Source: Coraliomargarita sp.
Lineage (GTDB): Bacteria; Verrucomicrobiota; Verrucomicrobiia; Opitutales; Coraliomargaritaceae
Reading direction: 5' to 3'
Assembly: GCA_965216325.1 (NCBI GenBank)
Contig: OZ244160.1
Location: 832,001 to 896,000 of the forward strand
DNA length: 64,000 nucleotides
Below the pieces are notes generated by a model. It made no database searches. It was given only the letters and a program-made list of their open reading frames with translations, and had not been told where the DNA came from. The position numbers and the translations under genes were made by a program. Below, one piece after another: positions 32,758 through 45,293 of the stretch (positions within the stretch are counted from its first letter, which is position 1; the number at the start of each line of letters is the position of its first letter).

Positions 32758-32920
32758 GGCCTATTTGAGTGGTTGAGTAGGGGATCATCTAGCGCGTTAG
32801 GTTGATCGCTCTACGGTTAGATCTTATGGCGATTTATGTCCCTATCATGTTGCCTTATAATGCTTTAGTGTGAGTAACGTTTCTTTGGCAAATGTGGGAA
32901 AATAGGTTTATCTACCAGAC

Positions 32921-33457
32921 ATGAGGGGGATGGGGCGATCAGCGTTAGGTGAATCCGGTTTTGATCGGTTTCGTTTTGGTATGGCCAGCCCCTCCCAGGC
33001 ATCGGGGTGTTATGCTTTTGGTTTGGCAGAGGTGCTACCTCTGCTCATCCGTGTGTCCGACAAGAGTCATTTGAATGTTAATACCCTGTCGGACTGTCTG
33101 CTTGCTGAAATTATCAATGTTTGCGCGTGCACGCAGGTCGATTTGCGCCGGGAGGTGGAGCTCGAAGACTGTGTAGTCGTGTCCTTGAAAAAGAAGAGTC
33201 TGACGCTCTCGGGGATCAAGGCGTGTGGTCTGCGCGATCTGATCTTCTCGGCCTGTCTGTTCAGGACCTATGCGTATATGGGATCACCGGAGGAGTATAA
33301 TCTTGATGAGTTGATCTCTGAAAATTGGCTCATGCTCGCCGATGAATTGCCGCAATCTTTAAGCTATTCCGCCGCTGCAGATATCAATGAGCAGGTTCGT
33401 CTGCATCGTTCGCATCATGAGTTCGGTGAGGCGGACATTCATTTTCATGCAGCTTAG
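32921..33457 (+). CDS. Hypothetical protein, start uncertain (possibly near 33070)
   Basis: Open frame followed by a terminator-like hairpin; no motif recognised. Confidence 0.5.
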   Translation: MRGMGRSALGESGFDRFRFGMASPSQASGCYAFGLAEVLPLLIRVSDKSHLNVNTLSDCLLAEIINVCACTQVDLRREVELEDCVVVSLKKKSLTLSGIKACGLRDLIFSACLFRTYAYMGSPEEYNLDELISENWLMLADELPQSLSYSAAADINEQVRLHRSHHEFGEADIHFHAA

Positions 33458-33493
33458 TGGTTTGGGTGATTAGGGGATAATGAGATCAAGGGG

Positions 33494-33530
33494 GAAGCCC
33501 ATCTTCGCAGGGAGGTGGGCTTCTATTTTT
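33494..33530 (+). terminator. Intrinsic terminator
   Basis: GAAGCCCATCTTC-GCAGG-GAGGTGGGCTTC followed by TATTTTT. Confidence 0.65.
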
Positions 33531-33812
33531 TCTAGAAAATGTACGTAAGGCCTTGAGTGAACGAGCGTCGGAGAATTTTGCTCCCCAACGGATTAAACAT
33601 TGGAGATTTGCTGCGTTTCTATCGCCTGCGCATGAAGCGCGGAAAAATTAAAAAACTTTAGGCCTTGGTATTGCCAACATAGCGATGATTTAAATAGGCA
33701 AAGGAGTTAGTATATAAATCACCCAAGCAGCGCTTTTTCAGGGGGTAAGGAAACTGTCACAATGCCGTGACCTGATTGCTAAAAAATGTCTAAAAACTTA
33801 TTCCAATCCAAT

Positions 33813-34001
33813 TGTGAATAACTTGTGGAGAAGTCGGGCTTGCAAAGCAGTTCTGAGTGTAGCTTTTTGGTTGTTCACAACCGAATTTCGTCTGTTTTAT
33901 ACAGATTCCATTGCACTAACTTTAACTCAAAACGCCTTATATCTTTCAACTTGATGGTTTCTTAACTCATTAACTATTAGTAGATAGCGAAGTTGTTCAC
34001 A
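33813..34001. promoter_or_regulatory. DnaA-box cluster upstream of dnaA
   Basis: TGTGAATAA 33813-33821 (reverse complement TTATTCACA), TGTGGAGAA 33824-33832, TTGTTCACA 33871-33879 and 33993-34001, within a long AT-rich gap. Confidence 0.65.
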
Positions 34002-34134
34002 ATGTCTATACCCCTGGGATAGGGTGTTGGCTTCACTAATTTGTTCTTAACTAACCTTTTTTCTTTCCACTGCGTGCTCATCCTGTGTCGATTCTGTGAG
34101 ATACGCTGTGAATAAACCTTCTACTTCACACTCA

Positions 34135-35565
34135 ATGTCCGATTTATTGCCTGCTCTCTCGCTCTGGGAGAGTGTTGATCAAGAACTTAAAAACCTTTTC
34201 CCAGCCGACCAATATGAATTGTGGTTTGATGGCTTGGTTTGCGTGAAAGAAAGCGACAGCAAGATCGTGCTTGCTGCGAAGAGTGATTTTAACGCAATTT
34301 GGATCGAGAATAACTATCTCGACGTGATCGCTCAACAAGCGCGAGCATTTGCCGGTGCGCCGGTGAAGATTTCGATTACAGTTGTCGAGCCTGAAGCGGA
34401 AGAATCAACCGCAGAGTCTAGTTCAAATGCCTTCAATCGTATGGCAGAGCCGGCGCTCAAGTTGGAAGATCGTGTTGCCCAACAGGATGCTGAGAACCGC
34501 CGTATCGAGGAAGAGATCAAGGTTAAGGCACGTCGCACCTTGCTCAACCCGCGCAACACCTTCGAGAATTTCGTTGTCGGCTCGGGTAACCAGCTGGCAC
34601 ATGCCGCGAGTATCGCGGTAGCCAATGCTCCGGGCCGTGCGTATAACCCGCTTTTTGTCTATGGTGAGACCGGTCTGGGGAAGACTCACTTGATGCATGC
34701 CGTTGCGCACCAGATGCTTGTGAGTAATCCGAAGGCGCGTATTGCCTACGTCTCCACGGAAAAATTCACCAATGAGTTCATTAACGCGATCCGTGAGAAC
34801 AAGTTGGCGAAATTCCGCAAATACTACCGCACTGTGGATGCCCTGTTAGTTGACGACATTCACTTCCTGTCTGGCAAGGAGAGCACCCAGGAAGAATTCT
34901 TCCACACCTTTAACGATCTCTTTGAGTCCGGTCGCCAAATCTTCTTGGCAAGTGACCGTCCAGCCAACGAGATTGAGCGTCTGGAAGATCGCCTGATTTC
35001 CCGCTTCCAGTGGGGCATGGTGACTGACATTCAAGCGCCTGACTTCGAGACTCGTGTGGCGATCCTGCGTAAGAAGGCGGATGCGATGAACATCGTGCTC
35101 GAAGACGCGGTCATGGAGTTTTTGGCTGAGCGCGTTTCCCGCAATGTTCGTCGTATGGAAGGTGCGTTGACTCGTATCGCGAGCTTCAATTCCTTGACCG
35201 ACCGCACTCTGGATCTTGCAGCCGTTGAGCGTTTGCTCAGTGACTTACTCCAAGAAGAGGCCGCGACTAAGGTCACGATCGAGCAGATTCAGAAGCGTGT
35301 TTCGGACTACTACAAGATTCGCTTTAGCGAGCTGGTTGGACGTCGCCGCACCAGTGCGATTGTATTCCCGCGCCAAGTTGCCATGTATATCGCGCGTACC
35401 TTGACCAGCGACCCGTTGAAGAGCATCGGCGAAGCGTTCGGTGGTCGTGACCACGGCACTGTGATCCACGCCTGCAAGCAGGTCGAGAACATGATGGATC
35501 AAGACGGTAACGTGAAGCGTGTGGTGGACTACCTGATCAAGCAAGTTTCGCAAAAGCGGGGTTAA
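34135..35565 (+). CDS. dnaA: Chromosomal replication initiator DnaA
   Basis: [61 protein letters not shown] at 34135. Confidence 0.97.
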   Translation: MSDLLPALSLWESVDQELKNLFPADQYELWFDGLVCVKESDSKIVLAAKSDFNAIWIENNYLDVIAQQARAFAGAPVKISITVVEPEAEESTAESSSNAFNRMAEPALKLEDRVAQQDAENRRIEEEIKVKARRTLLNPRNTFENFVVGSGNQLAHAASIAVANAPGRAYNPLFVYGETGLGKTHLMHAVAHQMLVSNPKARIAYVSTEKFTNEFINAIRENKLAKFRKYYRTVDALLVDDIHFLSGKESTQEEFFHTFNDLFESGRQIFLASDRPANEIERLEDRLISRFQWGMVTDIQAPDFETRVAILRKKADAMNIVLEDAVMEFLAERVSRNVRRMEGALTRIASFNSLTDRTLDLAAVERLLSDLLQEEAATKVTIEQIQKRVSDYYKIRFSELVGRRRTSAIVFPRQVAMYIARTLTSDPLKSIGEAFGGRDHGTVIHACKQVENMMDQDGNVKRVVDYLIKQVSQKRG

Positions 35566-35630
35566 GTTCTCCGTTTTCTCTACCTGCGCACTTGAATTCG
35601 TCGCCAGTTCGGACGACTGTAGCGTTTCGC

Positions 35631-36776
35631 ATGTCTGAAACGCAGTCTGAGATACGCAATTGGCACGATTGGACGCACCCTGACTTCTTTATGGAGGAAC
35701 GGCAGCGTGAAGCACGCTTCCTTCCTCTCTTTATGCGGCAGATCATGCCGGGGAGCATGCGTCGGACTCGATTGACGCTGATTGGTTGGATTCTGATCCT
35801 TGTTGCGATGGGAATCGGCTCGGCTGCGTATAATGCGTCGAGTAATATTCTGTTTATGACGCTCTCACTGGTTCTGAGTAGTCTGGTGCTCAGTGGAATG
35901 CTGTCTTTGATCAACTTTCGTAAGCTGGACTGGAAATTGAAACCACCTCGCCACCTTCGTGCAGGGGAGCCCAGCGTCTTAGAGGTCGAACTGCACAACC
36001 GTAAGGAGTTGCTTCCAGCCATTTGCATGCGTTTCAATGTTGCGGCGGATGACGCAGGAGAGGGCAGTCTATATCTTCACCCTGGCTTAGCGCCGGGTTC
36101 GAGGTGCACTTTGGAGTGGAATTTTGTTCCGCAGCGACGTGGCGTCTGTGAATTGTCGCTCTCTGGGGCGGAATCACAGTTCCCTTTTGGTTTTTTGAGC
36201 CGAACCGTAGGCGAGCGGCAATCCGAGTCGGTTTTGGTTTGGCCGGGGAGGGTCGAGTATTCTTTTGAACCAGCTGCGGGTGGAATGCGTTTTTTGAGTG
36301 GCGCAGGGCGTCGTAATCCCGGCGTTGGGAGTGATTTACTCAATCTCCGTCCATATCAGAAGGGAGATGCACCGCGCTTAGTTCACTGGAAGGCGTCGGC
36401 CCGTACAGGAAAGCTTATGGTCCGCCAATTGGCTCAAGAAAGTGAGGCTGGATTTACGCTTCTCGTAGATCCAACAATTGCGGTGCGCGGTGCGGAGCAA
36501 TTCGATCGTTTTTGTGCTTTGGTTAGTTCCTTGGCGGAAGACCTCTATCATGCTGGCCGTCTAGAGGGCGTATATATTGGTAATGAAACCATCCTCAAGG
36601 TGAGTGCGGTTCGTGATCTATACGAGGTGTTTGACCATATGGCATCTCTGGAGCATGGGGTTGGGAAGAGTCCGATGTTTTTGGGCAGTGCATCATCTGC
36701 AGTGCGCTTTAGAATGATTGGAGAGGAGGTCGCGCTTTATGTCGGCGATGAGCAGGCAGGCCAAACTTACGCTTGA
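35631..36776 (+). CDS. DUF58 domain protein
   Basis: N-terminal TM pair, FPFGF, LRPYQKGDAPRLVHWKASAR. Confidence 0.88.
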   Translation: MSETQSEIRNWHDWTHPDFFMEERQREARFLPLFMRQIMPGSMRRTRLTLIGWILILVAMGIGSAAYNASSNILFMTLSLVLSSLVLSGMLSLINFRKLDWKLKPPRHLRAGEPSVLEVELHNRKELLPAICMRFNVAADDAGEGSLYLHPGLAPGSRCTLEWNFVPQRRGVCELSLSGAESQFPFGFLSRTVGERQSESVLVWPGRVEYSFEPAAGGMRFLSGAGRRNPGVGSDLLNLRPYQKGDAPRLVHWKASARTGKLMVRQLAQESEAGFTLLVDPTIAVRGAEQFDRFCALVSSLAEDLYHAGRLEGVYIGNETILKVSAVRDLYEVFDHMASLEHGVGKSPMFLGSASSAVRFRMIGEEVALYVGDEQAGQTYA

Positions 36777-38952
36777 GGAGTTACATGAGCTGAAGTGGTT
36801 CGTGGGCAATGTGCTGTCTTTGCTGGCACTTTGGGCACTGTCATTACTGGATTTCAGTGGTGGCCCCATGCTGCTATTTGGTGGCTGTTTGGTAGTTGCC
36901 GCGCTGTTAGTGCCGAAGTGGCTGTCTCTGATTCCGCCTTGGGTGAAGAAGTTCGTTGCACCACTGATTCTGCTTTTCGTGCTGATAGATTTTGCGCTCA
37001 ACCTACCGAACTTTTTACCGCCATTGGCTAGAATGGTTACTTTGCTGCTACTATACAGAAGTCTAACTACACGCCGGCGTCGAGAGGACCTACAGTTATT
37101 ACTACTTTCGCTCTTCTGTTTGGTGATTTCGGGCGCACTGACGATTTCGCTGCTCTTTGCGTTTCAGATTCTTGTATTTGCTCCGCTTGCTATGGCGCTC
37201 CTATTTGTCATCTGTCTTTTGGATCGTGGTCAAGAGAGCCGCACCTACATCATTGATTGGAAAAGTGTGGGATGGACACGCCTCATCCGCCGCGTCTGGC
37301 ATGCTTTGGACTTCCGTCTGCTGGTGCTGGGGAGCTCCCTTTTCTTGGGCATGGTTGCTGTATCCTCGCTGCTGTTTGTGATGTTGCCGCGCTTCAATTT
37401 TGAGCAGGCGATACCCTTTCTTCAAATTGAGGGACGTTCACGAGTTGGTTTCAGTGGACAGGTTCATTTAGGTGCAGTTACTGATATTCGTCAGGACAAT
37501 GGTGTCGCCTTGCGTGTGGATGTTCCTTCGCGAGATGCTGTGACGGGTTCACCCTATTGGCGCATGATGGTGCTGGATGCCTACTCAAATGGCCACTTTC
37601 GGATGTCTCCAACACTAGAGAACCTGCAAAGTGAATTCCGGACGAATCAGCAAATTCGTGAGATTTACGGTTGGGGCGCGTGGAGCCCTGAAATCCCGAA
37701 CGACAAGTGGACCTTTTATCTTGAGGGGGGAGTGAGTCAGTATCTACCTGTGCCAGGCTCTTTTACCCGCATGCGTTTTCAGTCGCCTCAGGATGTCGAG
37801 TGGCTGCCGGACTTGAAGCTCTATGCGACCAATACTGTCAAACAGAGCGTGTTTTTTTATCAATTGGAGAATCTGGTGATGCGGAATCAGTTTCCCGCTT
37901 CTGACTTGGAGATCGAAACGTTCAAGTCGATGAATGAGCCGGTGTTCACCGGTCAGCAGTTGTATCCTCAAACTTTGCTAACCCTGACGATGAATGAAGC
38001 GGAACGTGCTGTTTTAAGTCAAATCAACGAGGGCTTGAAGGCCAAGCTTTCAGATCTCAATGCAGTTTCGTTTAGTCAGGCTGCGACTGACTTTTTGCGA
38101 CTTGGTTACAGTTATTCGATGCAGTCGTCACTTCCTGAAACTAAAGTAGACCCTGTGATTACTTGGTTGAGCGAGGGAACACGTGGACACTGCGAGTATT
38201 TCGCGACTGCATTTATCTTGCTTGCCCGAGAGGCAGGGTTTCCGGCGCGTATGGTGGTGGGCTTTGCCGGAGGTTCGTGGAATTCCGTCGAAGAATACTT
38301 CGTTGTGCGTAACAACTCCGCGCACGCGTGGGCGGAGATCTATGACGCCCGCACCGAGCAATGGTTACGTGTGGACCCAACTCCAGGAGGTGCTCCAGTG
38401 GTGGGGGATCAATCTGTCTTTCGGCAAACCGAGCTGCTCGTCGAGACGGGGATGCTGGCTTGGGTGGATAGTCTGCGTATCCAGTGGTATCGACGTATCG
38501 TGGACTTTGATCAGGACGATCAGGTGCAGATCGCCATCTCGATCAAGGAGGTGGCCGAAGAGTTTTATAAGGCTGGATCCGAGAAGTTTAAATTTTGGCT
38601 CAGTATTCTGAAGGAAACGGTGACGGAGCCATTCAGCGCGAGGGCCATGCTTCGTGGCGGCGTGATCTTTGGAATGGTGCTTGGGCTCTATGCAATCTGG
38701 TGGTCGCGCTATGCTTGGCTGAATCTTTGGCATCAGCTGCGCCGCAAACCCAAAATGCTGTCCCCGGTGCGTCAGCAGGCTGGGCGCTATCTGGTTAAAA
38801 TCAGAGCACGCTCGGAGCGCAGTGATTTATCCGACGGCCTCGCTTCGATTCGCTACCGCTTGGAGGCGATACGCTTTGGGCCCGATGTGAACCAAAGTGC
38901 TGCCAAGGCCGCCTTTCGTGAGGCAAGACGTGTCTTGCGTAAGCGCGCTTAA
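36748..38952 (+). CDS. Membrane transglutaminase-like protein (TgpA / DUF3488 type)
   Basis: Multi-TM N-terminus, [34 protein letters not shown]. Confidence 0.88.
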   Translation: MSRQAKLTLEELHELKWFVGNVLSLLALWALSLLDFSGGPMLLFGGCLVVAALLVPKWLSLIPPWVKKFVAPLILLFVLIDFALNLPNFLPPLARMVTLLLLYRSLTTRRRREDLQLLLLSLFCLVISGALTISLLFAFQILVFAPLAMALLFVICLLDRGQESRTYIIDWKSVGWTRLIRRVWHALDFRLLVLGSSLFLGMVAVSSLLFVMLPRFNFEQAIPFLQIEGRSRVGFSGQVHLGAVTDIRQDNGVALRVDVPSRDAVTGSPYWRMMVLDAYSNGHFRMSPTLENLQSEFRTNQQIREIYGWGAWSPEIPNDKWTFYLEGGVSQYLPVPGSFTRMRFQSPQDVEWLPDLKLYATNTVKQSVFFYQLENLVMRNQFPASDLEIETFKSMNEPVFTGQQLYPQTLLTLTMNEAERAVLSQINEGLKAKLSDLNAVSFSQAATDFLRLGYSYSMQSSLPETKVDPVITWLSEGTRGHCEYFATAFILLAREAGFPARMVVGFAGGSWNSVEEYFVVRNNSAHAWAEIYDARTEQWLRVDPTPGGAPVVGDQSVFRQTELLVETGMLAWVDSLRIQWYRRIVDFDQDDQVQIAISIKEVAEEFYKAGSEKFKFWLSILKETVTEPFSARAMLRGGVIFGMVLGLYAIWWSRYAWLNLWHQLRRKPKMLSPVRQQAGRYLVKIRARSERSDLSDGLASIRYRLEAIRFGPDVNQSAAKAAFREARRVLRKRA

Positions 38953-39404
38953 GGACGTTCGAGTCGGATCTGGTGCAGGTGCTGGTTGTCGGCCGAAACG
39001 ATGTTCAAGTGCAAGTGCCATGCATGAGGGGGAATGCTGTCTTCGATCCGTTCGGGCCATTCGACTGCGAAGCACCATGGCTCCTTGAGGAAGTCGTCAA
39101 TCATGAGCGCATCGAGATCCGATCCGGAGTTGAGCCGATATGCATCCAGATGCACCAACTGTCGGCTGCCTTCGTAGAGCGTATATAAATTAAAGGTGGG
39201 GCTGGTGACGGGTTCGGTAATGTCCCAGGCGCGGGCGAGTCCACGGATGAAGGTCGTCTTGCCGGCACCCAGATCACCGTGTAGCGCCAGCACATGATTT
39301 TTCGGCACCATGGCAGCCAGTTCAGCTGCCAATGCCTCCGTCGCCTCCGCGGTTTCTGTCAGCACGCCTGCCGACAGGCGCTCTAAGATGTCCGTGCTAC
39401 TCAT
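38949..39404 (-). CDS. tsaE: t6A biosynthesis ATPase TsaE
   Basis: [28 protein letters not shown]. Confidence 0.95.
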   Translation of the reverse strand: MSSTDILERLSAGVLTETAEATEALAAELAAMVPKNHVLALHGDLGAGKTTFIRGLARAWDITEPVTSPTFNLYTLYEGSRQLVHLDAYRLNSGSDLDALMIDDFLKEPWCFAVEWPERIEDSIPPHAWHLHLNIVSADNQHLHQIRLERP

Positions 39405-40371
39405 TGCTGCTTAAATGCTCAAAGCCTTGTTGCCATTCAAGCGCTGTTTTGGTCGTGGCATCAATCATGCGTCCCTGGCTGTCTGATTCTATAATCATGC
39501 CGATGCAGGTAAGTTCAAGCGCTGGGAAGTGTTGCTGCCAGGTAGCTTCAAATACAGCGGCCGCGTTTGCGTCGACACTGAGGAGTAGTTCGTAGTCCTC
39601 ACCGTCGCAAATGGCGTGTTGCTCGGGGGACTGTCCGCTTTGTGCGGACAGCGTGTGCGCATCCTCCGAAATCGGTAGCTGATGGACTTCGATCAGTGCT
39701 GAGCTGTCTTTCGGCAGCAGTGCAGGGAGGTCTTTACCGAGGCCGTCGGTTAGGTCCATCAGTGCGGTGCAGGCGGACTGCGCGGCGATCCACTGTCCTT
39801 CCGCTAGTCGTGGGGTGAAGGCATAGTGCTTTTGGAGAATGCTGCCGCCGAGCCTGCCGGTTACATAGAGCAGGTCGCCTACCTTGGCCGACTTTCTTAG
39901 CTTTGGATGCTCTGTTTGACCGACGAGTGTGAGCACGGACGAGAAGTTGCCATGGGGCAGTGAACTGATGTCGCCGCCGACTATCTGGAGCGAATAGTCG
40001 AGGCAGCTCTCGCGAATACCAGTAAAGAAGTCCTGTAACCATTCAATGGATACATCCGGGCTGCATAGTAGTGCGAGCACCGCATGACCGGGAGTGCCAC
40101 CCATCGCTGCGATGTCGCTGAGGTTGCGCTTGATTAATTTGGCCCCGGCATCTTTGGCACCGACCTTGGTATCGACGTGTTGCCCATAGGTGAGGCTGTC
40201 GACGGTAATGATCTGTCGGCTGGAGCCGGGTTCCACGACCGCGCAGTCGTCACCCATGCCGTGCGGGTAGGGGGGACTCACCTCGCCGAGCCATTCACGG
40301 ATTTGCTCAATCAGCTTGGTCTCTCCAAGCGAGGCAACTTGTGCCTTAGGCTGTTTGGTAAAGATAGACAC
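39397..40371 (-). CDS. thiL: Thiamine-monophosphate kinase
   Basis: [32 protein letters not shown]. Confidence 0.93.
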   Translation of the reverse strand: MSIFTKQPKAQVASLGETKLIEQIREWLGEVSPPYPHGMGDDCAVVEPGSSRQIITVDSLTYGQHVDTKVGAKDAGAKLIKRNLSDIAAMGGTPGHAVLALLCSPDVSIEWLQDFFTGIRESCLDYSLQIVGGDISSLPHGNFSSVLTLVGQTEHPKLRKSAKVGDLLYVTGRLGGSILQKHYAFTPRLAEGQWIAAQSACTALMDLTDGLGKDLPALLPKDSSALIEVHQLPISEDAHTLSAQSGQSPEQHAICDGEDYELLLSVDANAAAVFEATWQQHFPALELTCIGMIIESDSQGRMIDATTKTALEWQQGFEHLSSNE

Positions 40372-40381
40372 GTCTAAGTTT

Positions 40382-40454
40382 GTAGGGGCGTTGTTTGATA
40401 CGCCCGCAGTGAATACGGCTCTCTTGGGGCGGGCTCCGCAAGCGAAGCCCCTAC
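40382..40454. repeat. GTAG REP doublet
   Basis: GTAGGGGCGTTGTTTGATACGCCCG...CGGGCTCCGCAAGCGAAGCCCCTAC. Confidence 0.8.
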
Positions 40455-40471
40455 GTTTGCCAGTTTAGCAA

Positions 40472-41260
40472 TCATTTCAATTCTAGTCCGACCGGGCAGT
40501 GGTCGGAGCCTTCGACTTGATCGAGGATGGTGGCCTCCTGGATCGAGGCTTTGAGTGAATCGGAAACGCAGAAGTAGTCGATGCGCCATCCGATGTTGCG
40601 TTTGCGGGCTGCGGCGCGATAGGACCACCAGCTGTAGCGTGCGGTGGTGTCGGGATAGAGGTGACGGAAGCTATCCACGAAGCCGGCCTCGACTATGGCG
40701 TCGAAGCGGCCGCGCTCTTCATCGGTGAAACCGGCATTCTTGCGATTGGTTTTCGGGTTCGCGAGATCAATTTCGGTGTGCGCGACATTCAGATCGCCAC
40801 AGAAAATCACGGGCTTGGTTGCTTCGAGTGCTTTGACATGGGCGAGGAAGTCGACGTCCCACTCCTGCGTGCGGTAGTCGAGACGACGGGGGCGCTTGTT
40901 TTCGTCGTGATTCTGTGAGTTTGGCGTATACACCGTCACCAGAAAATAGTCTTCAAACTCCGCAGTGATAACGCGGCCTTCTTGGTCGTGCTTTTCAATG
41001 CCGAGCCCGTAAGTGACCGACAATGGAGCGGTCTTACTCAGGATCGCAGTTCCGGAGTAGCCTTTCTTCTCCGCGCAGTTCCAATACAGGTGCGGGTAGC
41101 CGGCGAAGGCAAATTGCTCCACGAGATCGGCGGAGATTTTGGTTTCCTGTAAGCAGAGCACGTCGGGTTGCTCAGTTGCGAGGAAATCGTCGAAGCCCTT
41201 TTTCAAGACGGCACGTAGGCCATTAACGTTCCAGGAGAGTAGCTTGGCTGGAGAAGACAT
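40472..41260 (-). CDS. xth: Exodeoxyribonuclease III
   Basis: SWNVNG, LQETK, EGRVI, GDLNVAH, GWRIDY, SDHCP. Confidence 0.95.
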   Translation of the reverse strand: MSSPAKLLSWNVNGLRAVLKKGFDDFLATEQPDVLCLQETKISADLVEQFAFAGYPHLYWNCAEKKGYSGTAILSKTAPLSVTYGLGIEKHDQEGRVITAEFEDYFLVTVYTPNSQNHDENKRPRRLDYRTQEWDVDFLAHVKALEATKPVIFCGDLNVAHTEIDLANPKTNRKNAGFTDEERGRFDAIVEAGFVDSFRHLYPDTTARYSWWSYRAAARKRNIGWRIDYFCVSDSLKASIQEATILDQVEGSDHCPVGLELK

Positions 41261-41262
41261 TG

Positions 41263-41353
41263 AGTTGTTTGTTGAGAGTTGTTGGTTGTTAGTTGTTGGT
41301 TGAGGGAAAGCTTCTAGTTCAGCTCAGAACGTTCAACCGACAACAAACAACTA
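41263..41353. repeat. Heptamer palindrome (GTTGTTR units) spanning mnmA stop to xth start
   Basis: AGTTGTT TGTTGAG AGTTGTT GGTTGTT AGTTGTT GGTTGAG ... TTCAACC GACAACA AACAACT. Confidence 0.78.
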
Positions 41354-42421
41354 CCTGTAGAAGCCGCCGCCGAGGAGCGTTTGCCCATCGTAGAGCGCGA
41401 GGATCTGGCCGGAGGCGAGGGCGCGTTGTGGTTCGTCGAACACGACCTTGGCGCTGTCAGGGCCAGTGGGCGTATACGTGATCGCTTGTGAGTCGTCGCG
41501 GTAGCGTGGCTTGGCGAGGATGCGACAGGGGGCGGTCACGGGCTTATTGACGAAGCTCAGGCCATAGACATCGACCTCACTGGTAAACAGTCCCGGCGAG
41601 TCGGGCTTGTCAAAGGCCACGATCAAGTCGTTGCGCTCCATATTGAAGCCGACCACCACGTAGAATTCGTTGTCCGTGTTGGACGGCACGCCGATGCCGC
41701 GGCGCTGGCCTATGGTGTAGCGGTGCAGACCGCGGTGTTGGCCGAGCACTTTGCCCTCGGGGTTCACGATATTGCCGGGCTTGTCCTCGATGTAGTGCTC
41801 GAGGAAGCGGTTAATATTCATGTCGCCGAGGAAGCAGATGCCTTGACTGTCCTTTTTGGTCGCATTCGGCAGTGCATGCTTGGTCGCCAGTTCGCGGACC
41901 TCGGGTTTCTTCAGCTCACCGACGGGGAAGAGCGCCCGCTGGATTTGCTCCTGGCGCAGCAGGGCGAGGAAATAGGTTTGGTCCTTATTACTGTCGGCAC
42001 CCTCGATTAGATCGTAGCTGCCGTCGTCGTTGCTGCGCTTGCGCACGTAGTGGCCGGTTGCGATGCCGTCGAAGCCGTTCTTCAGGGCGTAGTCCTGGAA
42101 GATGCCGAACTTCATTTCGCGGTTGCACATCATGTCCGGGTTGGGCGTGATGCCATTTTTGTAGCCCTCGACCAGATACTCGACCACGTGCTCACTGTAT
42201 TCGTTCACCAAATTGACGATCTCGTAATCGATGCCCAAGTGGGCGGCGACCGCGCGTGAGTCCTCGATATCCTGCTGTGCGGGGCAGTCGGCGAGGGGGG
42301 CTTCTTCGTTCATCCAGGTGCGGATGTAGGCACCGGACACGTCGTAGCCCTGCTCCTTGAGCAGTAGCGCGGCGACTGCGCTGTCCACGCCGCCGGATAG
42401 GCCCACGAGTATTTTCTTCAT
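41351..42421 (-). CDS. mnmA: tRNA-specific 2-thiouridylase
   Basis: [46 protein letters not shown] at 42421. Confidence 0.96.
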   Translation of the reverse strand: MKKILVGLSGGVDSAVAALLLKEQGYDVSGAYIRTWMNEEAPLADCPAQQDIEDSRAVAAHLGIDYEIVNLVNEYSEHVVEYLVEGYKNGITPNPDMMCNREMKFGIFQDYALKNGFDGIATGHYVRKRSNDDGSYDLIEGADSNKDQTYFLALLRQEQIQRALFPVGELKKPEVRELATKHALPNATKKDSQGICFLGDMNINRFLEHYIEDKPGNIVNPEGKVLGQHRGLHRYTIGQRRGIGVPSNTDNEFYVVVGFNMERNDLIVAFDKPDSPGLFTSEVDVYGLSFVNKPVTAPCRILAKPRYRDDSQAITYTPTGPDSAKVVFDEPQRALASGQILALYDGQTLLGGGFYR

Positions 42422-42480
42422 TGCGGAGTCAAAACAGCTTGTTTGCCGCTCGTCAATGGGGATGTGGCCGCGGGCGCGAG

Positions 42481-42553
42481 GGAGGGCGGACACTCTTGTC
42501 CGTCACAGTGGATCTGGCTTCTCATCATGGCAGGACAAGAGTGTCCCGCCTCC
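42481..42553. repeat. GGAG-ended REP-like doublet
   Basis: GGAGGGCGGACACTCTTGTCC...GGACAAGAGTGTCCCGCCTCC. Confidence 0.75.
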
Positions 42554-42626
42554 TTTTTGCAAATGTATCGCGCATTGCTTGATTGTGGCTTGTCATGTGC
42601 TGGTTGGCGGTATCAATAACTTAGCT

Positions 42627-45062
42627 ATGTGCGCTGCCGCCCAACAGATTTCTCACGCGTTCTGGAAATCCCGTAATTCGGGGCTTGTGATCCTGTCGAA
42701 GGACTGGACCTCGAAGACTCAACTACCACCGCTACGCTTGGGGCCGGATAGCACCGAATTCGCAGTGCTCGAACGGGTCGAAGCCGAAGCTGCCGGTCGC
42801 TACACGCGATATTACCGCAAGAAGCAGAGTTGGATCTTCGTTATTCAGTCAAAGCGCTACACTCAGTTGCAGGATCCTAAGACGCGTGTCTTCGTCGCAG
42901 GCGAATTCAATGGCTGGGAGGACGCGATTGGTTCGGCTAAATGGGAGCTGAAGCCCGTCTCCGAGAAATCCGGCTGCAACTATGAGTTGAAAGTGCCGCT
43001 CAAGCGTATTCCGGAGGACAATCTCTCGCAGTTCAAATTTGTCACCGAAAATGGCGAATGGCTGGACGTGCCTGACAGTGCGCCGAATCTGATTCAGGCC
43101 GAGGGGATCAACAATTTTGAGCTCAATCCAGCGCAGTCGGGCAAACACATCTTCAGCTTCGAACTACCCGAGGACTACCAGCCGACGGGCACTGAAGCGA
43201 TTGTTTGGGAGGCGCCCGATGCGCGCGAAGTCCATGCGCTACCACACACGCAGTTTCTGACTTCGGCCTCGACGGATCTGGAGCTCGGAGCAATTGTCGC
43301 AGAGGACCACACGACCTTCCGCATCTTTGCCCCTCGTGCACAGGGAGTGAAGCTTTGCCTTAGCCACGAGGCCGACGAATCGGACGCGGTCTTCCACGAA
43401 CTAGAGAAGGTCGATGCCGTGACATGGGAGCTCATACTCGACCAGAATCTGGATGGCTGGTATTACACCTACCGCATCGAGGGCAAGTCGGTAGAAGGCA
43501 CCTCACACTTTGATGGCAGCTTCGCGGTGCTGGATCCCTATGCCAAGGCCTGCCTTGGTCACCGTGGTCCGGGCATCATTGTCGCACCGGAGCGCCTGCA
43601 GAAAGTTGCCAAGCAATACACCGCGCCGGCATGGCATGATCTGGTCATTATGGAAGGCCACGTGCGTGACTTTGCCGCGCATGCGCCGATCAAACTCAAG
43701 CCCGAAGAACGCAGCGGCTACACGGGCTTGCGCAAGTGGCTGAAGGCCGAAAGCTCCTACATTAAGGAAATGGGCGTCAACGCGGTCGAGCTACAGCCGA
43801 TTCAGGAATTCGATAACCGTAAGCCAGAGGACTACCACTGGGGCTATATGACGGTGAACTACTTCGCGCCGGAAAGCAGCTACGCACTCAAGCCGAAGAA
43901 GGCCTCGCAGATCGAAGAGTTTCGTGGGCTCGTGCAGGACTTCCACGATGAGGACATCGCGGTCATTCTCGATGTGGTCTACAATCACGTGGGCGAGCCG
44001 AATCACCTGTTGTTCGTCGACAAATTCTACTATTTTCACCTAGACGATGCCAATGACCTGATGAACTGGAGTGGCTGCGGTAACGACCTGCGCTGCGACA
44101 GTCCCATGGGCCGCCGCCTGATCATCGACAGCTTGAAGCATCTGGTGGAAACTTACGATGTCGATGGCTTCCGCTTCGACCTTGCCGAGCTGATCGGGAT
44201 CGAAGTGCTACGCGAGATCGAGACCGAGCTCAAGAAGATCAAGCCCTCGCTGATTCTCATTGCCGAGCCATGGAGCTTCCGTGGTCACATTCAGGACGAA
44301 CTGCGCGAGACCGGTTACGCGTCGTGGAACGATGGTTTCCGTGAATCGATCGCCAAGTTTGTGAAGGGCAATGGCAACCAAGAGATGATCCAATATTTCC
44401 TCTCCGGTTCACCGGGCACGAGCCGCTTTGCCGCACAGACGATTAACTACACCGAATCGCACGACGACCATTGCTGGCTCGACCGCATTACCGAGCGGGC
44501 AGGGCACGACGGCTCCGACCCGACATTGCTGGACCGCCGCCGCACACATTTGATGGCCTCCGTGCTGTTCAGCTCACTCGGTGTGCCAATGCTCTCTGCT
44601 GGACAAGACTTCTTGCGCTCCAAGCAAGGTGTCTCGAATACCTATCAGCGCGGCGATCTCAACGCACTCGATTACAATAAGCGCTACGTTTATTCCGGCA
44701 CACACAACTATTTCCGCGAGTGGATCCACTTCCGCCGCTCTAAGCTCGGCACGGCGCTGCGCTATGATGGTGGCCTGAAGGATGGCTACATGAAGTTCTT
44801 CTTCGCCGAGGGTTACAGCGCCACCGTCGCCGTTTATAATGCCGACGGTTCCGTTGATGCACCGAAGCTTGTCTTCGCTGTGAATCCGCATCTTGAATAC
44901 GCCAACATTGAGTGCAAGGGAGTCGATACTGCGAAACTTTTACAGATTGCCGACCAAGAACGCTTTAAAGTCGAAGGCTTGCAGCACGCCCGCATTCCCT
45001 TGGAAGAGAATGTTTTTAGCTTGCCGCCACTGACCTGCGGTCTGTGGGTGGTGCAGGACTAA
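42627..45062 (+). CDS. GH13 pullulanase / glycogen debranching enzyme with CBM48-like domains
   Basis: [36 protein letters not shown] at 42627. Confidence 0.9.
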   Translation: MCAAAQQISHAFWKSRNSGLVILSKDWTSKTQLPPLRLGPDSTEFAVLERVEAEAAGRYTRYYRKKQSWIFVIQSKRYTQLQDPKTRVFVAGEFNGWEDAIGSAKWELKPVSEKSGCNYELKVPLKRIPEDNLSQFKFVTENGEWLDVPDSAPNLIQAEGINNFELNPAQSGKHIFSFELPEDYQPTGTEAIVWEAPDAREVHALPHTQFLTSASTDLELGAIVAEDHTTFRIFAPRAQGVKLCLSHEADESDAVFHELEKVDAVTWELILDQNLDGWYYTYRIEGKSVEGTSHFDGSFAVLDPYAKACLGHRGPGIIVAPERLQKVAKQYTAPAWHDLVIMEGHVRDFAAHAPIKLKPEERSGYTGLRKWLKAESSYIKEMGVNAVELQPIQEFDNRKPEDYHWGYMTVNYFAPESSYALKPKKASQIEEFRGLVQDFHDEDIAVILDVVYNHVGEPNHLLFVDKFYYFHLDDANDLMNWSGCGNDLRCDSPMGRRLIIDSLKHLVETYDVDGFRFDLAELIGIEVLREIETELKKIKPSLILIAEPWSFRGHIQDELRETGYASWNDGFRESIAKFVKGNGNQEMIQYFLSGSPGTSRFAAQTINYTESHDDHCWLDRITERAGHDGSDPTLLDRRRTHLMASVLFSSLGVPMLSAGQDFLRSKQGVSNTYQRGDLNALDYNKRYVYSGTHNYFREWIHFRRSKLGTALRYDGGLKDGYMKFFFAEGYSATVAVYNADGSVDAPKLVFAVNPHLEYANIECKGVDTAKLLQIADQERFKVEGLQHARIPLEENVFSLPPLTCGLWVVQD

Positions 45063-45143
45063 CTATATGCTAGCGGGTTTCCTCTCCGCCGTAGCCATTA
45101 GAAAGCTCCTCCCAAGGAAGGGGAGGTCATCCGCCTGTAGATT

Positions 45144-45214
45144 GTAGGGCTCGTGCTTGCACGATGCCTCTGAGCCACGGACACTCGGCGGCGCTTTGCA
45201 AGCAAAGGCCCTAC
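45144..45214. repeat. GTAG REP doublet
   Basis: Arms identical to 21905-21954 with a longer spacer. Confidence 0.88.
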
Positions 45215-45293
45215 AGGTTTTGATGCAGTTCGACTTTACTCGACTGGATCGCTGGGAGTTAGCACAGCCCCGCTCGGCGCTGGTTGTGATTCA

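Noticed and set aside
33971..33990. DnaA-trio run (TAGTAGATAG)
   Set aside because: Short and irregular, and the neighbouring box orientation does not fit the arrangement I recall for Bacillus oriC.
45078..45090. CCTCTCCGCC as a tRNA-Ser 3' end (att site) bounding the orphan gene block
   Set aside because: Only about 10 nt, no CCA, and no partner copy or integrase in the window.
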